Shown here piece by piece: positions 41,696 through 50,938 of a DNA stretch of 64,000 nucleotides. The notes under the pieces were generated by a model. That model was not told the DNA's origin. It did no database searches and saw nothing but the letters and a program-made list of their open reading frames with translations. The DNA is taken from positions 661-64,660 of the IMG/VR virus record IMGVR_UViG_3300013902_000015; one strand, given 5' to 3'. This DNA is from a virus. Taxonomy: Duplodnaviria > Caudoviricetes. The first letter of the stretch is position 1. Each line of letters opens with the position of its first letter. The translations under genes and the position numbers were made by a program.

Positions 41696-42198
41696 TATTC
41701 AAACTTTGGAAGTTCGCGGCAATGGCCGTGGGCGCCATGGTGGGTTGGATTGTGGCAGAGTTCAGACCGACATTTCCGTTGATAGCAGTAGCCATCATCT
41801 TCATACTCTATGATGCCTACACCGCTTTCAAACTTGACAAGCGCGTACACGCAGCCTACCCCGAGAGAACCGCACGAGAGAAAGCCAAGTTCACCTCGTT
41901 TGCCTTTGGTAAGGTGGTGAAGCAGACAATTCCGAAAAGGCTTTCACTCATTATCCTTGCCTTTTTGGCAGAACACTGGGTTTTTATCCACATGCAGGTG
42001 CCGTTGTCGTACATACTGACAGGCGTGATATGCTTTGAACAGGCATGGTCGATACTGGAGAACGAGAGCAGCTGCCGACCCGAAGCCGAGCATCGCTTCT
42101 GGAAACTGTTGCAGCAAATCATGGTGGACAAGACCGCGAGACACTTTGACGTGAACCTTGACAAACTAAAAGAAGAGAAAGATGATAGTACTCATTGA
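41686..42198 (+). CDS. Putative holin
   Basis: Several hydrophobic helices, charged C-tail, directly upstream of the amidase. Start adjusted to MAVVFKLW. Confidence 0.65.
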   Translation: MAVVFKLWKFAAMAVGAMVGWIVAEFRPTFPLIAVAIIFILYDAYTAFKLDKRVHAAYPERTAREKAKFTSFAFGKVVKQTIPKRLSLIILAFLAEHWVFIHMQVPLSYILTGVICFEQAWSILENESSCRPEAEHRFWKLLQQIMVDKTARHFDVNLDKLKEEKDDSTH

Positions 42199-42835
42199 CA
42201 ACGGTCACGGTGAGAACACACCGGGCAAGTGCAGCCCCGACAAACGGTTGCGCGAATACAAGAAAGCGAGAGAGATAGCACGCAGATTGGTGAACACACT
42301 GCTTAGTAACGGAGTGGAGGCACACCTGCTTGTACCCGAAGAAGAAGACATCAGCCTTGCGGAGCGGTGCAAGCGAGCCAACAAGTATTGTGACAAGTAC
42401 GGAGCAAAGAATGTGCTCCTCGTATCGATACACCACAATGCCGCAGGAGCGGATGGTCAGTGGAAGACCGCAGGAGGCTGGTGCGTATATACCTCGCCCG
42501 GGCAGACCAGCGCCGACCTGCTTGCCACCGACCTATGGAACGCAGCCAGGGAATGCTTGAAAGGCTACATTGACGGTTTTGACAAGCACAAGGCAACTGG
42601 CGATTATGACAGCAAGCAGAAGCCCCTGCGTGCCGACTGGAGCGACAAAGACGCGGACTATGAGGCACGCTTCTATATACTGCTGCACACCAAATGCGCA
42701 GCCGTGCTGACGGAGAACCTCTTCCAAGACAACAAGGCAGACGTGGACTACCTGCTGAGCGAGGAGGGAACGCGAGCCATCGTGCAGCTCCACTACAAAG
42801 GCATTACGGACTACATCAAACGCATAAAAGGGTGA
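42182..42835 (+). CDS. N-acetylmuramoyl-L-alanine amidase (Amidase_3) endolysin
   Basis: LIDNGHG, SIHHNA and LTEN zinc-amidase motifs. Confidence 0.9.
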   Translation: MIVLIDNGHGENTPGKCSPDKRLREYKKAREIARRLVNTLLSNGVEAHLLVPEEEDISLAERCKRANKYCDKYGAKNVLLVSIHHNAAGADGQWKTAGGWCVYTSPGQTSADLLATDLWNAARECLKGYIDGFDKHKATGDYDSKQKPLRADWSDKDADYEARFYILLHTKCAAVLTENLFQDNKADVDYLLSEEGTRAIVQLHYKGITDYIKRIKG

Positions 42836-43386
42836 AGCACATATTGAGTTTTGCGGCGGGGGCATTCATTGCCCTGCTGCTTGTGGCGTGGTTCTATTCA
42901 GAACCCAAGGCAGGGAACGGCCACAACATCGTGATCCAAACCGACACCATCATAAAGCGCGACACCATTCCCTATTTGTCGCCAGAAGCAACAAGCACCG
43001 GGCAGACGGTCGGAACTGCCACGGTGAGAGTACCGACAGACTGCATCAAGATGGACGATGCAGCCCAGCCTCCCATCAGAGCCGACACTAACACGGTAGG
43101 GAATTATGTACTAGAATTAGCCGGTAATGTTGCCGACAGTGCAACAGTGGAGCTTCCCATCATGCAGAGCGTGTATGAAGCCAAGGACTACAAGGCATAC
43201 GTGAGCGGAGTGAAAGCACGGCTTGACAGCATCTTCGTGTATCCCACGCATGAGGTGGTGACCATCAAGGAGAAGCAGCCTCCTAAGAAATGGCATATCG
43301 GAGTAACGACAGGCTACGGTTTGACCACGAAAGGAATGCAGCCATACATAGGCATAGGACTAACATATTCAATAATCTCATTCTGA
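42832..43386 (+). CDS. N-terminally membrane-anchored lysis-cassette protein (spanin-like position)
   Basis: GTG start overlapping the amidase stop, signal-anchor helix, C-terminal amphipathic beta strands (WHIGVTTGYG...YIGIGLTYSIISF). Confidence 0.5.
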   Translation: MKHILSFAAGAFIALLLVAWFYSEPKAGNGHNIVIQTDTIIKRDTIPYLSPEATSTGQTVGTATVRVPTDCIKMDDAAQPPIRADTNTVGNYVLELAGNVADSATVELPIMQSVYEAKDYKAYVSGVKARLDSIFVYPTHEVVTIKEKQPPKKWHIGVTTGYGLTTKGMQPYIGIGLTYSIISF

Positions 43387-43931
43387 TGGAAACGATAACC
43401 GTACAAATATTCAAAGACGATGTGTATGAAGAAGTGGCAAAAGCCACCGACTACACAGGTGCGAAGTTGATAGACGGGGACGAGAAAGCAAGAGACCGCA
43501 TACTTGCCACCGACAGCGAGTTGTCAGACCTAAGCCGTTTCTGGGAAGAGTGCGTGCTTGCCACCAACGAGCGGCTGAAAGAGATGCTCTTATCGGGAAC
43601 AACTAAGGAAGTAGAGGTTGCGATAAAACCTCCACTGCTTTATGACACGGAGATGAGCGCACAAGCAAGCGTATTACCCATTCAGCCAGTACCGATAACA
43701 CGGACGGCATACGAAGCCGTAATAGAGGTGAGCAAGTCGTTTGACAAAGGACTGACGGACAATGTGCAGTCAGCACTGCGCAACTTCTTTATCTTCTCCA
43801 TCATCGGGCAGTGGTTCAAACTTGCCAACAAGGGAGAGGCGGCAGACAACTTCGCACAGGCTGGAGAAATGATGAACGGTGCAGAGCGGCTACTGTACAG
43901 CAGGAAGAAGCCGACACGCCCCAGTGATTAA
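43386..43931 (+). CDS. Putative head-tail adaptor/ring protein, paralog 1
   Basis: Start METITVQIF. Shares its pattern with the next two ORFs. Confidence 0.5.
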   Translation: METITVQIFKDDVYEEVAKATDYTGAKLIDGDEKARDRILATDSELSDLSRFWEECVLATNERLKEMLLSGTTKEVEVAIKPPLLYDTEMSAQASVLPIQPVPITRTAYEAVIEVSKSFDKGLTDNVQSALRNFFIFSIIGQWFKLANKGEAADNFAQAGEMMNGAERLLYSRKKPTRPSD

Positions 43932-43954
43932 CAAACTAAAATAACAAAAGAATT

Positions 43955-44461
43955 ATGTCAGAAACAAAAGGCGCAAAGAAAGAAGTGACAGCCACCATCA
44001 AGATAGACTGGTTGTTGTACGACATCATGAACGAGACATTTCTGCGTGGCCGTACTATCCAGAACAAGGAGAACCACAAGGAAGTGGCCAGCATGTTTGC
44101 CTCGGAGGACGAGGAGAACCGCGAGAAGATACTGCGCTCCATCAAGAAAGGCTTTGCCGAGGTGAAGACCGAACTTGCCGAATATCTTGACGAGGACGGA
44201 ACGACCACCGACAACAGTCACTATGACGGAAGTGAAGACCTCTCGCTGACACTCCAGATGCCAAGCAACTTTAACGAGGCGGCAACGACAGGCGTAGGCG
44301 AAGCCATACACGACTATCTGAAGAACACCGCCATAGCGGAGTGGTACTTGGTGACCAACAAGGCAGATGCGGAGCAGTATGTTGCACTGGCACAGAAGAG
44401 CCTCGTAAGCATACAGCAAGCCGTTAGCAAGCGCAGCCGCCCGAAGCGTCCAACCGAATAA
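43955..44461 (+). CDS. Putative head-tail adaptor/ring protein, paralog 2
   Basis: 168 aa, C-terminal IHDYL...IAEWY...NK.DAE pattern. Confidence 0.5.
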   Translation: MSETKGAKKEVTATIKIDWLLYDIMNETFLRGRTIQNKENHKEVASMFASEDEENREKILRSIKKGFAEVKTELAEYLDEDGTTTDNSHYDGSEDLSLTLQMPSNFNEAATTGVGEAIHDYLKNTAIAEWYLVTNKADAEQYVALAQKSLVSIQQAVSKRSRPKRPTE

Positions 44462-44473
44462 AGGAGGAAGCCC

Positions 44474-45001
44474 ATGAGTTGCTGCATTGAGAACGAGGGC
44501 GAGAAACTAAAGGTGACGCTCACCTTCAAGCGTGCGGAACTGCTCTACGACATCAAGAACTGCGCCTATGTGGAGAGCCATGTGATGACACCCGACACGG
44601 AACACGCCCGGCACATGGTGGCAGACGTAGGCGAAGAGGGCAACGTGGACAGAGTGACGCGAGTGCTTGACCTGTATGTGTCGCTATGCCGTGAACTGCT
44701 CTATCCATGGGCGAAGAAAGACATCAGCAAGACCGAGTTTGACGATACGCTGAAAGAGCGAGAGCAGTACCAGATAGAAATGAACGTGCCCAACACATTC
44801 TCGCAGACCACGCTCACACTGGTAGAGAGAATGATACACGAATATTTGGTTTGCCGTGGCGTGGCCGACTGGCTGAGCATCACCAATCCGCAGAAAGCGG
44901 AGACATGGCTTGCCAAGGCTGCTGAGGCAGAGAGCGAGATAAGGGTGGCTATCCATTCGAGAATGGAGCGGACACGGATAAGACAACATTTCTTGGACTA
45001 A
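44474..45001 (+). CDS. Putative head-tail adaptor/ring protein, paralog 3
   Basis: 175 aa, C-terminal IHEYL...VADWL...NP.KAE pattern. Confidence 0.5.
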   Translation: MSCCIENEGEKLKVTLTFKRAELLYDIKNCAYVESHVMTPDTEHARHMVADVGEEGNVDRVTRVLDLYVSLCRELLYPWAKKDISKTEFDDTLKEREQYQIEMNVPNTFSQTTLTLVERMIHEYLVCRGVADWLSITNPQKAETWLAKAAEAESEIRVAIHSRMERTRIRQHFLD

Positions 45002-45005
45002 AAGC

Positions 45006-45040
45006 AAGAGCCGAGGTGCATCACGCATCCCGGCTCTTTC
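45006..45040. terminator. Hairpin between convergent operons
   Basis: AAGAGCCG...CGGCTCTT stem. Confidence 0.55.
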
Positions 45041-45090
45041 AGTGTTACCTAAAACAATCTTACCTAAAAAACTAAAACCTAATCATATCT

Positions 45091-47934
45091 TTATCTTGGC
45101 TGGTTGGCTTGTCGCGGCGTGAACTGCACGGATGCACCGAAGATATTCTCGTCAGCATTCAGCGTTGCGACACCTGCAATGCGGTAATACTTATAGGGTG
45201 AGCCACGGAAGCCACGGAGGTAGTGGTCTTTGGAAGACCAAACCAAATGCCAGTTAACCAAATCGCGAGAGCCATAGAGGACGGTGGCGACATTGCCATT
45301 GCGGAAGAAGCCACGCTGGATCACGTTGTCAATGGTCTTGAGAACATTGGCCGCCTCCAGTTTGAGAGGGCGCGTGACGTAGAGACACTTGACCGCATCG
45401 GCCACTGGCACGGAGAAGTTGAGTACGGCATTGCTGCTGTCAACGGCAAGAGCATCTGGGTATGAGTTGAGGTGTGAAGCGATATTGGAAAATATCATGC
45501 CCCACTGCTGTGTCTTCAGCGAATACACATAGGCGTAAGTGATGCTTGGCGCATAGACGATGACACGCTGATGCACATAGTCGTAAATCATCTGACACTT
45601 CTGGAGGAACTGCGTGAACGGCAGCGTTGGCAAACATTTGTCGGTAGATGGCTCATGACCAAGCATGGCGTGCAGCTTGGTGAAGCCCGGCAACTGCGTA
45701 GCGTCAAAGGGATATTCGGAATTGATGGCTTCGGAAATGCACTGCGTCTGCGAGCCGCTGATGAGCATAATGCCACGGTCGGTTGGGAAAAGGACTGCGC
45801 TATCCAACTGCGTGATGCCATCGGGATTGATGCAGACATCGCGCGTGATGGGCTGACGCGCGGAGTATGTGCCTGTACTTGATACCTCCAATGCCCACAC
45901 GCCCTCAGTGGTGAAAGCATAGAGAGGGAACTGTCCGAATTGCCCTTGGGAGAGAGCCTTGGCAGCGGAACAGATGCCCTTTATCTCGCCTGTGCCTACG
46001 GTGTTGATGCCGAGGAGAGGGAAATAGAAAGGGTTGTTGACTTCGGAAGTGTAGATTTTGTTGGCAATCTCTATTGGAAAGTCATTGTCGTACTCCGTGG
46101 GATAGACAGACGGCAGGGAGGTGAAGTTCTTCTCTCGCACCAGTTCATAATCCAGAACGGCAAAAGCCCCGTTGAGGAACTCATGCGGTTTGAGGTCGAT
46201 GGCATAGCAGGGCGAAGAATAATTGTATATCACCATCTTATATGCGTTGGGATTTGGATAGAATACATAACAGCCCCACGAGTGCTTGCTCATGTGTGTG
46301 TACTTATTGCCACTGCTATCGGTGGACTCATATTCGGAACTATTGAACAACTGCAAATCCAATGCTGCATAGTATTCGGCAGAACAACTAACGGCATAGT
46401 CCTCGCCATTCTCTTTTATATATACGGCTATCGAATAATCGTCAGATGAAAATACAGCCATACTTATATTAAGTGTGGTTCCGCTGTAAGACCAGTTGAA
46501 CCTGCGATTGCAATAAGCAAACATGGACTGCGCCAAGAAGCCTTTGAACGGTTTGCGCTTCAGTCCTGCCAAGTTGAGACGGCTATTGTACCCAAACGAA
46601 TAGTCGGCATGAAGTTGGTCGTGAGTGAGGTAATCGTCAGTCATTGCCTCACGAGTAACCAATGACTGGAGATATTCATCATCAACGACAATATCCTTTC
46701 GGCTGTTGTCATCAATGACATCGGCTATCTCAATAGAGCATAACTTATAGAATGTGGAAGTATTCATCAGCGTTTCTGTGACCTTGCCGTCAGTAAACTC
46801 CGGCAAATGGAAAGCCGTTGATGGATAGGTACGGTCGCTTGAATAGTACATGGCATAGATTTTGGAGTACTCCCACTCGCAGTAGTAATCAAGGAACTCT
46901 TTGGAAGAGAATGCACCAAGCAGTTTGTCTTCGGCTTTGGTTGAAGAAACGCTATTCTTGTTGTCAGCATACAGACGACCAATGAACTTTGTGTTGTAGT
47001 TGTCCGTGTCAGACATAGAAGAAATCTTGCCGCTTTGGTCGTATGTATATATAGGTTTGGATATGAACACATCAATACTCTTGATGATGTCCGTCCAATC
47101 GTCCAAGTCTAAATAGTCAGAATTGCGCACCACCTTATAGTCAAGGGATGCAGCTACCATCATAATGTCGCATACCGCCTCTGTGTAACTCTTCTTACCC
47201 CTTGCGCGACTCCACCACACAATGGGCGCAGCCTTTGTGGAGGGGTTCATAAAAATGGGAGCAGAATGGTACACCAACGAACCATCGAACAGACGCAGGG
47301 CGTAACGGACAAAGAAAGGGAAACAGAAGCGTCCCTTATTGACTGTTTCCTGTGCCACAAACTTATTGACCTTAGCCATTATCTGGTCGGTTATCTTGGT
47401 CTTGTTGGTCTCGGAGAACTCATTATACAAACCGTCTTCGGAAATGCCATCAAAGTTGATGGTAAACGTACTCTTGCTGTCATCAGATAGACTGAACAAG
47501 CGAGGATGACCGACCAAGCCAAACGATACTTCAATGTCAGGAATGTGGTCGCCCAAGTTGACATACTTGCCATTCTTCCAAAGGTAATAATAGAAGCCAT
47601 TGGAAGTGAATGCCAAGAGCGTGTTGCCCACCGCATTGAAATGAGAAACAGAATACAGCGTGCCAACTTCTACACGATTATTCGTTTCTTTGTCTATTGA
47701 TGTTATCTTGTATGTAGTGTTGGAATAGACGATGTAGTGTGTAAAGGTGGAGGTCTTGTGTATAAACTTCACGACCTCGCCCTCTTCAAGCTGCATGACT
47801 TGTGAGGGAGCGAGGACAGGCTGCAATGCACCGTTTTCGGGCAGCAGGTTGATGGACACGGCAAGAGAGCCGTCAGGACACTCATAGTCGGACGGCACGG
47901 CAGAGAAGCCATTGTATTTGATTTCTTGGTTCAT
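45091..47934 (-). CDS. Putative tail nozzle/stabilization protein
   Basis: ~947-aa beta-rich protein starting MNQEIKYNG. Size and composition fit P22 gp10/T7 gp12-like proteins (inference). Confidence 0.5.
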   Translation of the reverse strand: MNQEIKYNGFSAVPSDYECPDGSLAVSINLLPENGALQPVLAPSQVMQLEEGEVVKFIHKTSTFTHYIVYSNTTYKITSIDKETNNRVEVGTLYSVSHFNAVGNTLLAFTSNGFYYYLWKNGKYVNLGDHIPDIEVSFGLVGHPRLFSLSDDSKSTFTINFDGISEDGLYNEFSETNKTKITDQIMAKVNKFVAQETVNKGRFCFPFFVRYALRLFDGSLVYHSAPIFMNPSTKAAPIVWWSRARGKKSYTEAVCDIMMVAASLDYKVVRNSDYLDLDDWTDIIKSIDVFISKPIYTYDQSGKISSMSDTDNYNTKFIGRLYADNKNSVSSTKAEDKLLGAFSSKEFLDYYCEWEYSKIYAMYYSSDRTYPSTAFHLPEFTDGKVTETLMNTSTFYKLCSIEIADVIDDNSRKDIVVDDEYLQSLVTREAMTDDYLTHDQLHADYSFGYNSRLNLAGLKRKPFKGFLAQSMFAYCNRRFNWSYSGTTLNISMAVFSSDDYSIAVYIKENGEDYAVSCSAEYYAALDLQLFNSSEYESTDSSGNKYTHMSKHSWGCYVFYPNPNAYKMVIYNYSSPCYAIDLKPHEFLNGAFAVLDYELVREKNFTSLPSVYPTEYDNDFPIEIANKIYTSEVNNPFYFPLLGINTVGTGEIKGICSAAKALSQGQFGQFPLYAFTTEGVWALEVSSTGTYSARQPITRDVCINPDGITQLDSAVLFPTDRGIMLISGSQTQCISEAINSEYPFDATQLPGFTKLHAMLGHEPSTDKCLPTLPFTQFLQKCQMIYDYVHQRVIVYAPSITYAYVYSLKTQQWGMIFSNIASHLNSYPDALAVDSSNAVLNFSVPVADAVKCLYVTRPLKLEAANVLKTIDNVIQRGFFRNGNVATVLYGSRDLVNWHLVWSSKDHYLRGFRGSPYKYYRIAGVATLNADENIFGASVQFTPRQANQPR

Positions 47935-48302
47935 AGAAACGGATTTTTGAAGATGATAGGCACGCACACGTCACCGTCCCTTGTCTCCTCCTTGCCTACC
48001 ATGAACGAGGCACGCTCCCCCTGCACCTTGCAGTTGTCGAGCATGAGCCGGGCGAGCAGCACGGAGTTGGCGCAGTAGTTGCGCGAGCCTTTCTTTGTGG
48101 GATAGCATTGCGCAATGTGTCGGCCAACGGTGCCAGCGTGCCGGGAGACGAGCAGGTAGCACTCGCCATAGTGAAAGGCGATGTTGATGCTGTCGCCCGG
48201 CTGGAGTGAGAGGAGGCGCACAACCCTTGCCGTGAGGAATATTCGTCCGTTACGGCAAAAGGTGATGTCGGGGCGGCGTGTACGCTGCAATAGTTTAATC
48301 AT
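47931..48302 (-). CDS. Hypothetical protein
   Basis: 123-aa ORF coupled to the tail gene. Minus-strand TATCTTTG at 48307-48314. Confidence 0.6.
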   Translation of the reverse strand: MIKLLQRTRRPDITFCRNGRIFLTARVVRLLSLQPGDSINIAFHYGECYLLVSRHAGTVGRHIAQCYPTKKGSRNYCANSVLLARLMLDNCKVQGERASFMVGKEETRDGDVCVPIIFKNPFL

Positions 48303-48344
48303 GTTGCAAAGATATAAAGTTGTGAGGTTGCTACGGTTTTAAGT

Positions 48345-49602
48345 TTAGAAGAGCGAGAGTTGCACATAACCGCCCTGTTCGTTGCTGAGGTCGATGAACA
48401 TCTTGCGGAAGATGTGATACAGACAGGATACGACAATGGAATTGCCAGCGAGTTTATACTGTTGCGTCTTGGATATACCAGTCTGTTGTATCTTTGCAAT
48501 GTCAGAGTCGGACACGTCCATAAGGCGAAAGCATTCGGGGGGGGGGGGCAAGTTTGCGAATGGGGAAACCACTATACACCACATGGGGACATTTGTAGTC
48601 GGTAACACGCAATGCAGGAGATATGGGGCTTATGCAATTTGCTCCACGGAACTCCAGCTTATGCCCGATTGGATTTATGGAAATCATAGGCTCTACGAGA
48701 TATTGGGCAGTCGTACCAGTCAATCCGTGGTTGGAAGCAACAATGGTATTGCTGATGTCCTTTAGGTGATGGGACACGACCTTTCCTTTCTTGTCGCGAG
48801 AATAACCCACAAAGAGCGGTTCTTTGATATAGGTGTCATACTCACGTTGTCCCTCTTTGGTTTTGATAGCACCGCTTATTCCATCTGGAGTTTGGAAATT
48901 GACCTTGAACCCACAGCCCTCTGCCACTTTCCGCTCGCAATGCTTGACGATGCGCTCCACCTGTTGGGGAGACAAGTAATAGCTCTCGTCCACATGGTTT
49001 TCGAGAATGTCTTTCAACCTACGCTGTAATGGCATGGTCTTGGGAAAGAAGAACCGCTGATGCTCACCAAGAACAGAAACCATGAAGACACGCTCACGAT
49101 TTTGCGGAACACCATAGTGCTTTGCGTTGAGAACTTGAAAGTAGTTGGTGTAGCCTTGCTCCTCCAACCACTCACGCCACTTGGAGAAGTTGGCTGCAAA
49201 CTTACGCTGCGTGAGAGCCTTGACATTCTCCATAAGCAAATACTTAGGACGCTTCACTTCAATGGCATTAGTACAAGCCCACAGCAAAGAAGACCGTGTG
49301 CCACTGCCTTGCGAGAAACCACGCTGGCGACCAGCCGAAGAAATGTCTTGGCAAGGGAAAGAGTATGTGAGCAGGTTGAAATCGGGAACTTGCGACCAGT
49401 CAATGCTCATGATGTCGCCAAAGTTAGTGGCTTCATCACCATGAATGGCACGATAAGCGGCAATGGCATACTTGTCTATCTCGGAAATGCCGACCACCTC
49501 AAACTGAAATTCGGGGTAGTCGGCTGACAGGCGTTGCAGGGCTATGGACTGCGAGCCATAACCTGCAAAGGCTTCAAAGACACGAATGTTGATAGGGTTC
49601 AT
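48345..49602 (-). pseudogene. C5-cytosine DNA methyltransferase frameshifted at a C12 tract (possibly phase-variable, OFF in this sequence)
   Basis: FAGYGS, SFPCQD, ENV and QNRERVF in frame 1. ECFRLM...YKLAGNSIVV in another frame after 12 G (+ strand) at 48537-48548. Confidence 0.85.
48537..48548. repeat. G12/C12 homopolymer within the methyltransferase gene
   Basis: Read directly from the sequence. Confidence 0.9.
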
Positions 49603-49775
49603 GTGATAATGTATTGAACGTAAAAGTGAAACTCGCGGCAGAGCCGTGGTATCTGTGGATAGTTCTGCGGTTGCTCCATGTAGGGGAGGTAGATGCAACG
49701 CTGCTTGGTGTCGCACTGGATACCTCTCCTACGGAGTTTGTAGAGCAGGTTAGCCCTGCGTTTGGGATGGCGCAT
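49599..49775 (-). CDS. 58-aa hypothetical protein (not in ORF track)
   Basis: MRHPKRRANLLYKLRRRGIQCDTKQRCIYLPYMEQPQNYPQIPRLCREFHFYVQYIIT. ATGA overlap with the MTase start. Confidence 0.6.
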   Translation of the reverse strand: MRHPKRRANLLYKLRRRGIQCDTKQRCIYLPYMEQPQNYPQIPRLCREFHFYVQYIIT

Positions 49776-50184
49776 TGGAACTATACCTTAAATCATCAAT
49801 GCGGGTTTCCAACACTTCAAGGTATGACTTCATTGCCATGCGCTGGAAGAGCAATAGGGCAGCCTGTGGAACTCCTGTAATCTTGGCTACTTGGTAAAAG
49901 TCTTTATCAAAGAGTTTTTCAATTCCATTGAACCGCACTTTTAACTCGTCATGCTCAATCTGCAAGCGATCGAGGAAACTGTCGGCACACTTGTAGGCTT
50001 GCTCAAACACCTGCTTGGGTGACCAAGAGTCGTATGTGCTGCCGTCCGGGTTGGTGTACTGAACGTGGTAGCCCTGTCGCCACTCGTGGTTGTCCTCGTT
50101 CTTGCGAGCGAATCCTTTCTCTACTGCGGCCAATTCGTCCATAGGTTCGGCCTTAACCTGTTTTGTTCCAATGTACTTTTTCAT
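49750..50184 (-). CDS. Conserved phage protein (crAss001_48-like)
   Basis: MKKYIGTKQVKAEPM...GYHVQY...SWSPK..FEQAY...LDRLQIEHDEL pattern. Confidence 0.6.
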   Translation of the reverse strand: MKKYIGTKQVKAEPMDELAAVEKGFARKNEDNHEWRQGYHVQYTNPDGSTYDSWSPKQVFEQAYKCADSFLDRLQIEHDELKVRFNGIEKLFDKDFYQVAKITGVPQAALLLFQRMAMKSYLEVLETRIDDLRYSSNAPSQTQG

Positions 50185-50203
50185 TGTCTTTTTGATTTTA
50201 TTG

Positions 50204-50449
50204 TTAGATAATACCATAACCGCCACCACGTTTAGGGCAAGCCATAGAAGTTGTTCCTTGGATTGCTATTGGCTTTGTCGGGATTGGGAATTGATGCCCA
50301 TACTTGTATGCGATATTAAGAGCATGCAGCAAGCGTGGGTTCTTGCGAATTAAGAACGAACTAAGAGTAAAACCTTGGTAGTTATTCCAATAGTTCTTCT
50401 TTGGGCTGTAATATGCCTTGAAGATTTTTCTTGCCTGTCGTAACTTCAT
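50204..50449 (-). CDS. Small basic hypothetical protein
   Basis: Starts MKLRQARKIF. Operon context. Confidence 0.5.
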   Translation of the reverse strand: MKLRQARKIFKAYYSPKKNYWNNYQGFTLSSFLIRKNPRLLHALNIAYKYGHQFPIPTKPIAIQGTTSMACPKRGGGYGII

Positions 50450-50718
50450 CGCTTTTTGTTGTTTCGTATGTGATACAATTCATCAGAATGCCACACATCA
50501 TAGCCCCGACCGTGAACCACCTTGCCATCGCGATAGGTACGAGCGTACATGTGGACTCTTCCCCACTTGTCCATGAAGTAGCTTGTATGACATTCTTTAC
50601 CTGTGAAACCAACACTCCAACGCTCATCTTTATGTATAAATAACCATATTGCTTTGTTGGTAAGATGCTTGGGAAGAACCTTGTAGTTCCTAATCTTATT
50701 CGCTATTCTTCTTTTCAT
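50446..50718 (-). CDS. Small basic hypothetical protein
   Basis: Starts MKRRIANKIR. ATGA-type overlap. Confidence 0.5.
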   Translation of the reverse strand: MKRRIANKIRNYKVLPKHLTNKAIWLFIHKDERWSVGFTGKECHTSYFMDKWGRVHMYARTYRDGKVVHGRGYDVWHSDELYHIRNNKKR

Positions 50719-50741
50719 GTTATGTACTTGTTTCTTTGATA

Positions 50742-50936
50742 CTATTGTTTGTAATAGAATGGCTTAATCTTGCCGTCCGCTACGCCATTCCAATAGTAGC
50801 GGAGAGCCTTTTGAATGTGTGGCTGGCGATATACAGCGCACCACTGGAGAGCACGGTCAAACCATGTGTCGCTCATGCGGTTGATGGGCGTGTACCTGAC
50901 CATACGGACTATCTTTCGGGCTTGTCGGGAACGCAT
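50742..50936 (-). CDS. Small basic hypothetical protein
   Basis: Starts MRSRQARKIV. Confidence 0.5.
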   Translation of the reverse strand: MRSRQARKIVRMVRYTPINRMSDTWFDRALQWCAVYRQPHIQKALRYYWNGVADGKIKPFYYKQ

Positions 50937-50938
50937 AG

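Noticed and set aside
45045-45085. TTACCTAAAA direct repeats
   Set aside because: Short, low-complexity AT-rich spacer at an operon end with no supporting context.
160-47700. Numerous long antisense and alternative-frame ORFs in the track (e.g. 2993-3928, 4958-6196, 21690-22799, 27262-28401)
   Set aside because: They are shadows of strongly coding genes, with unnatural composition and no initiation context or motifs.
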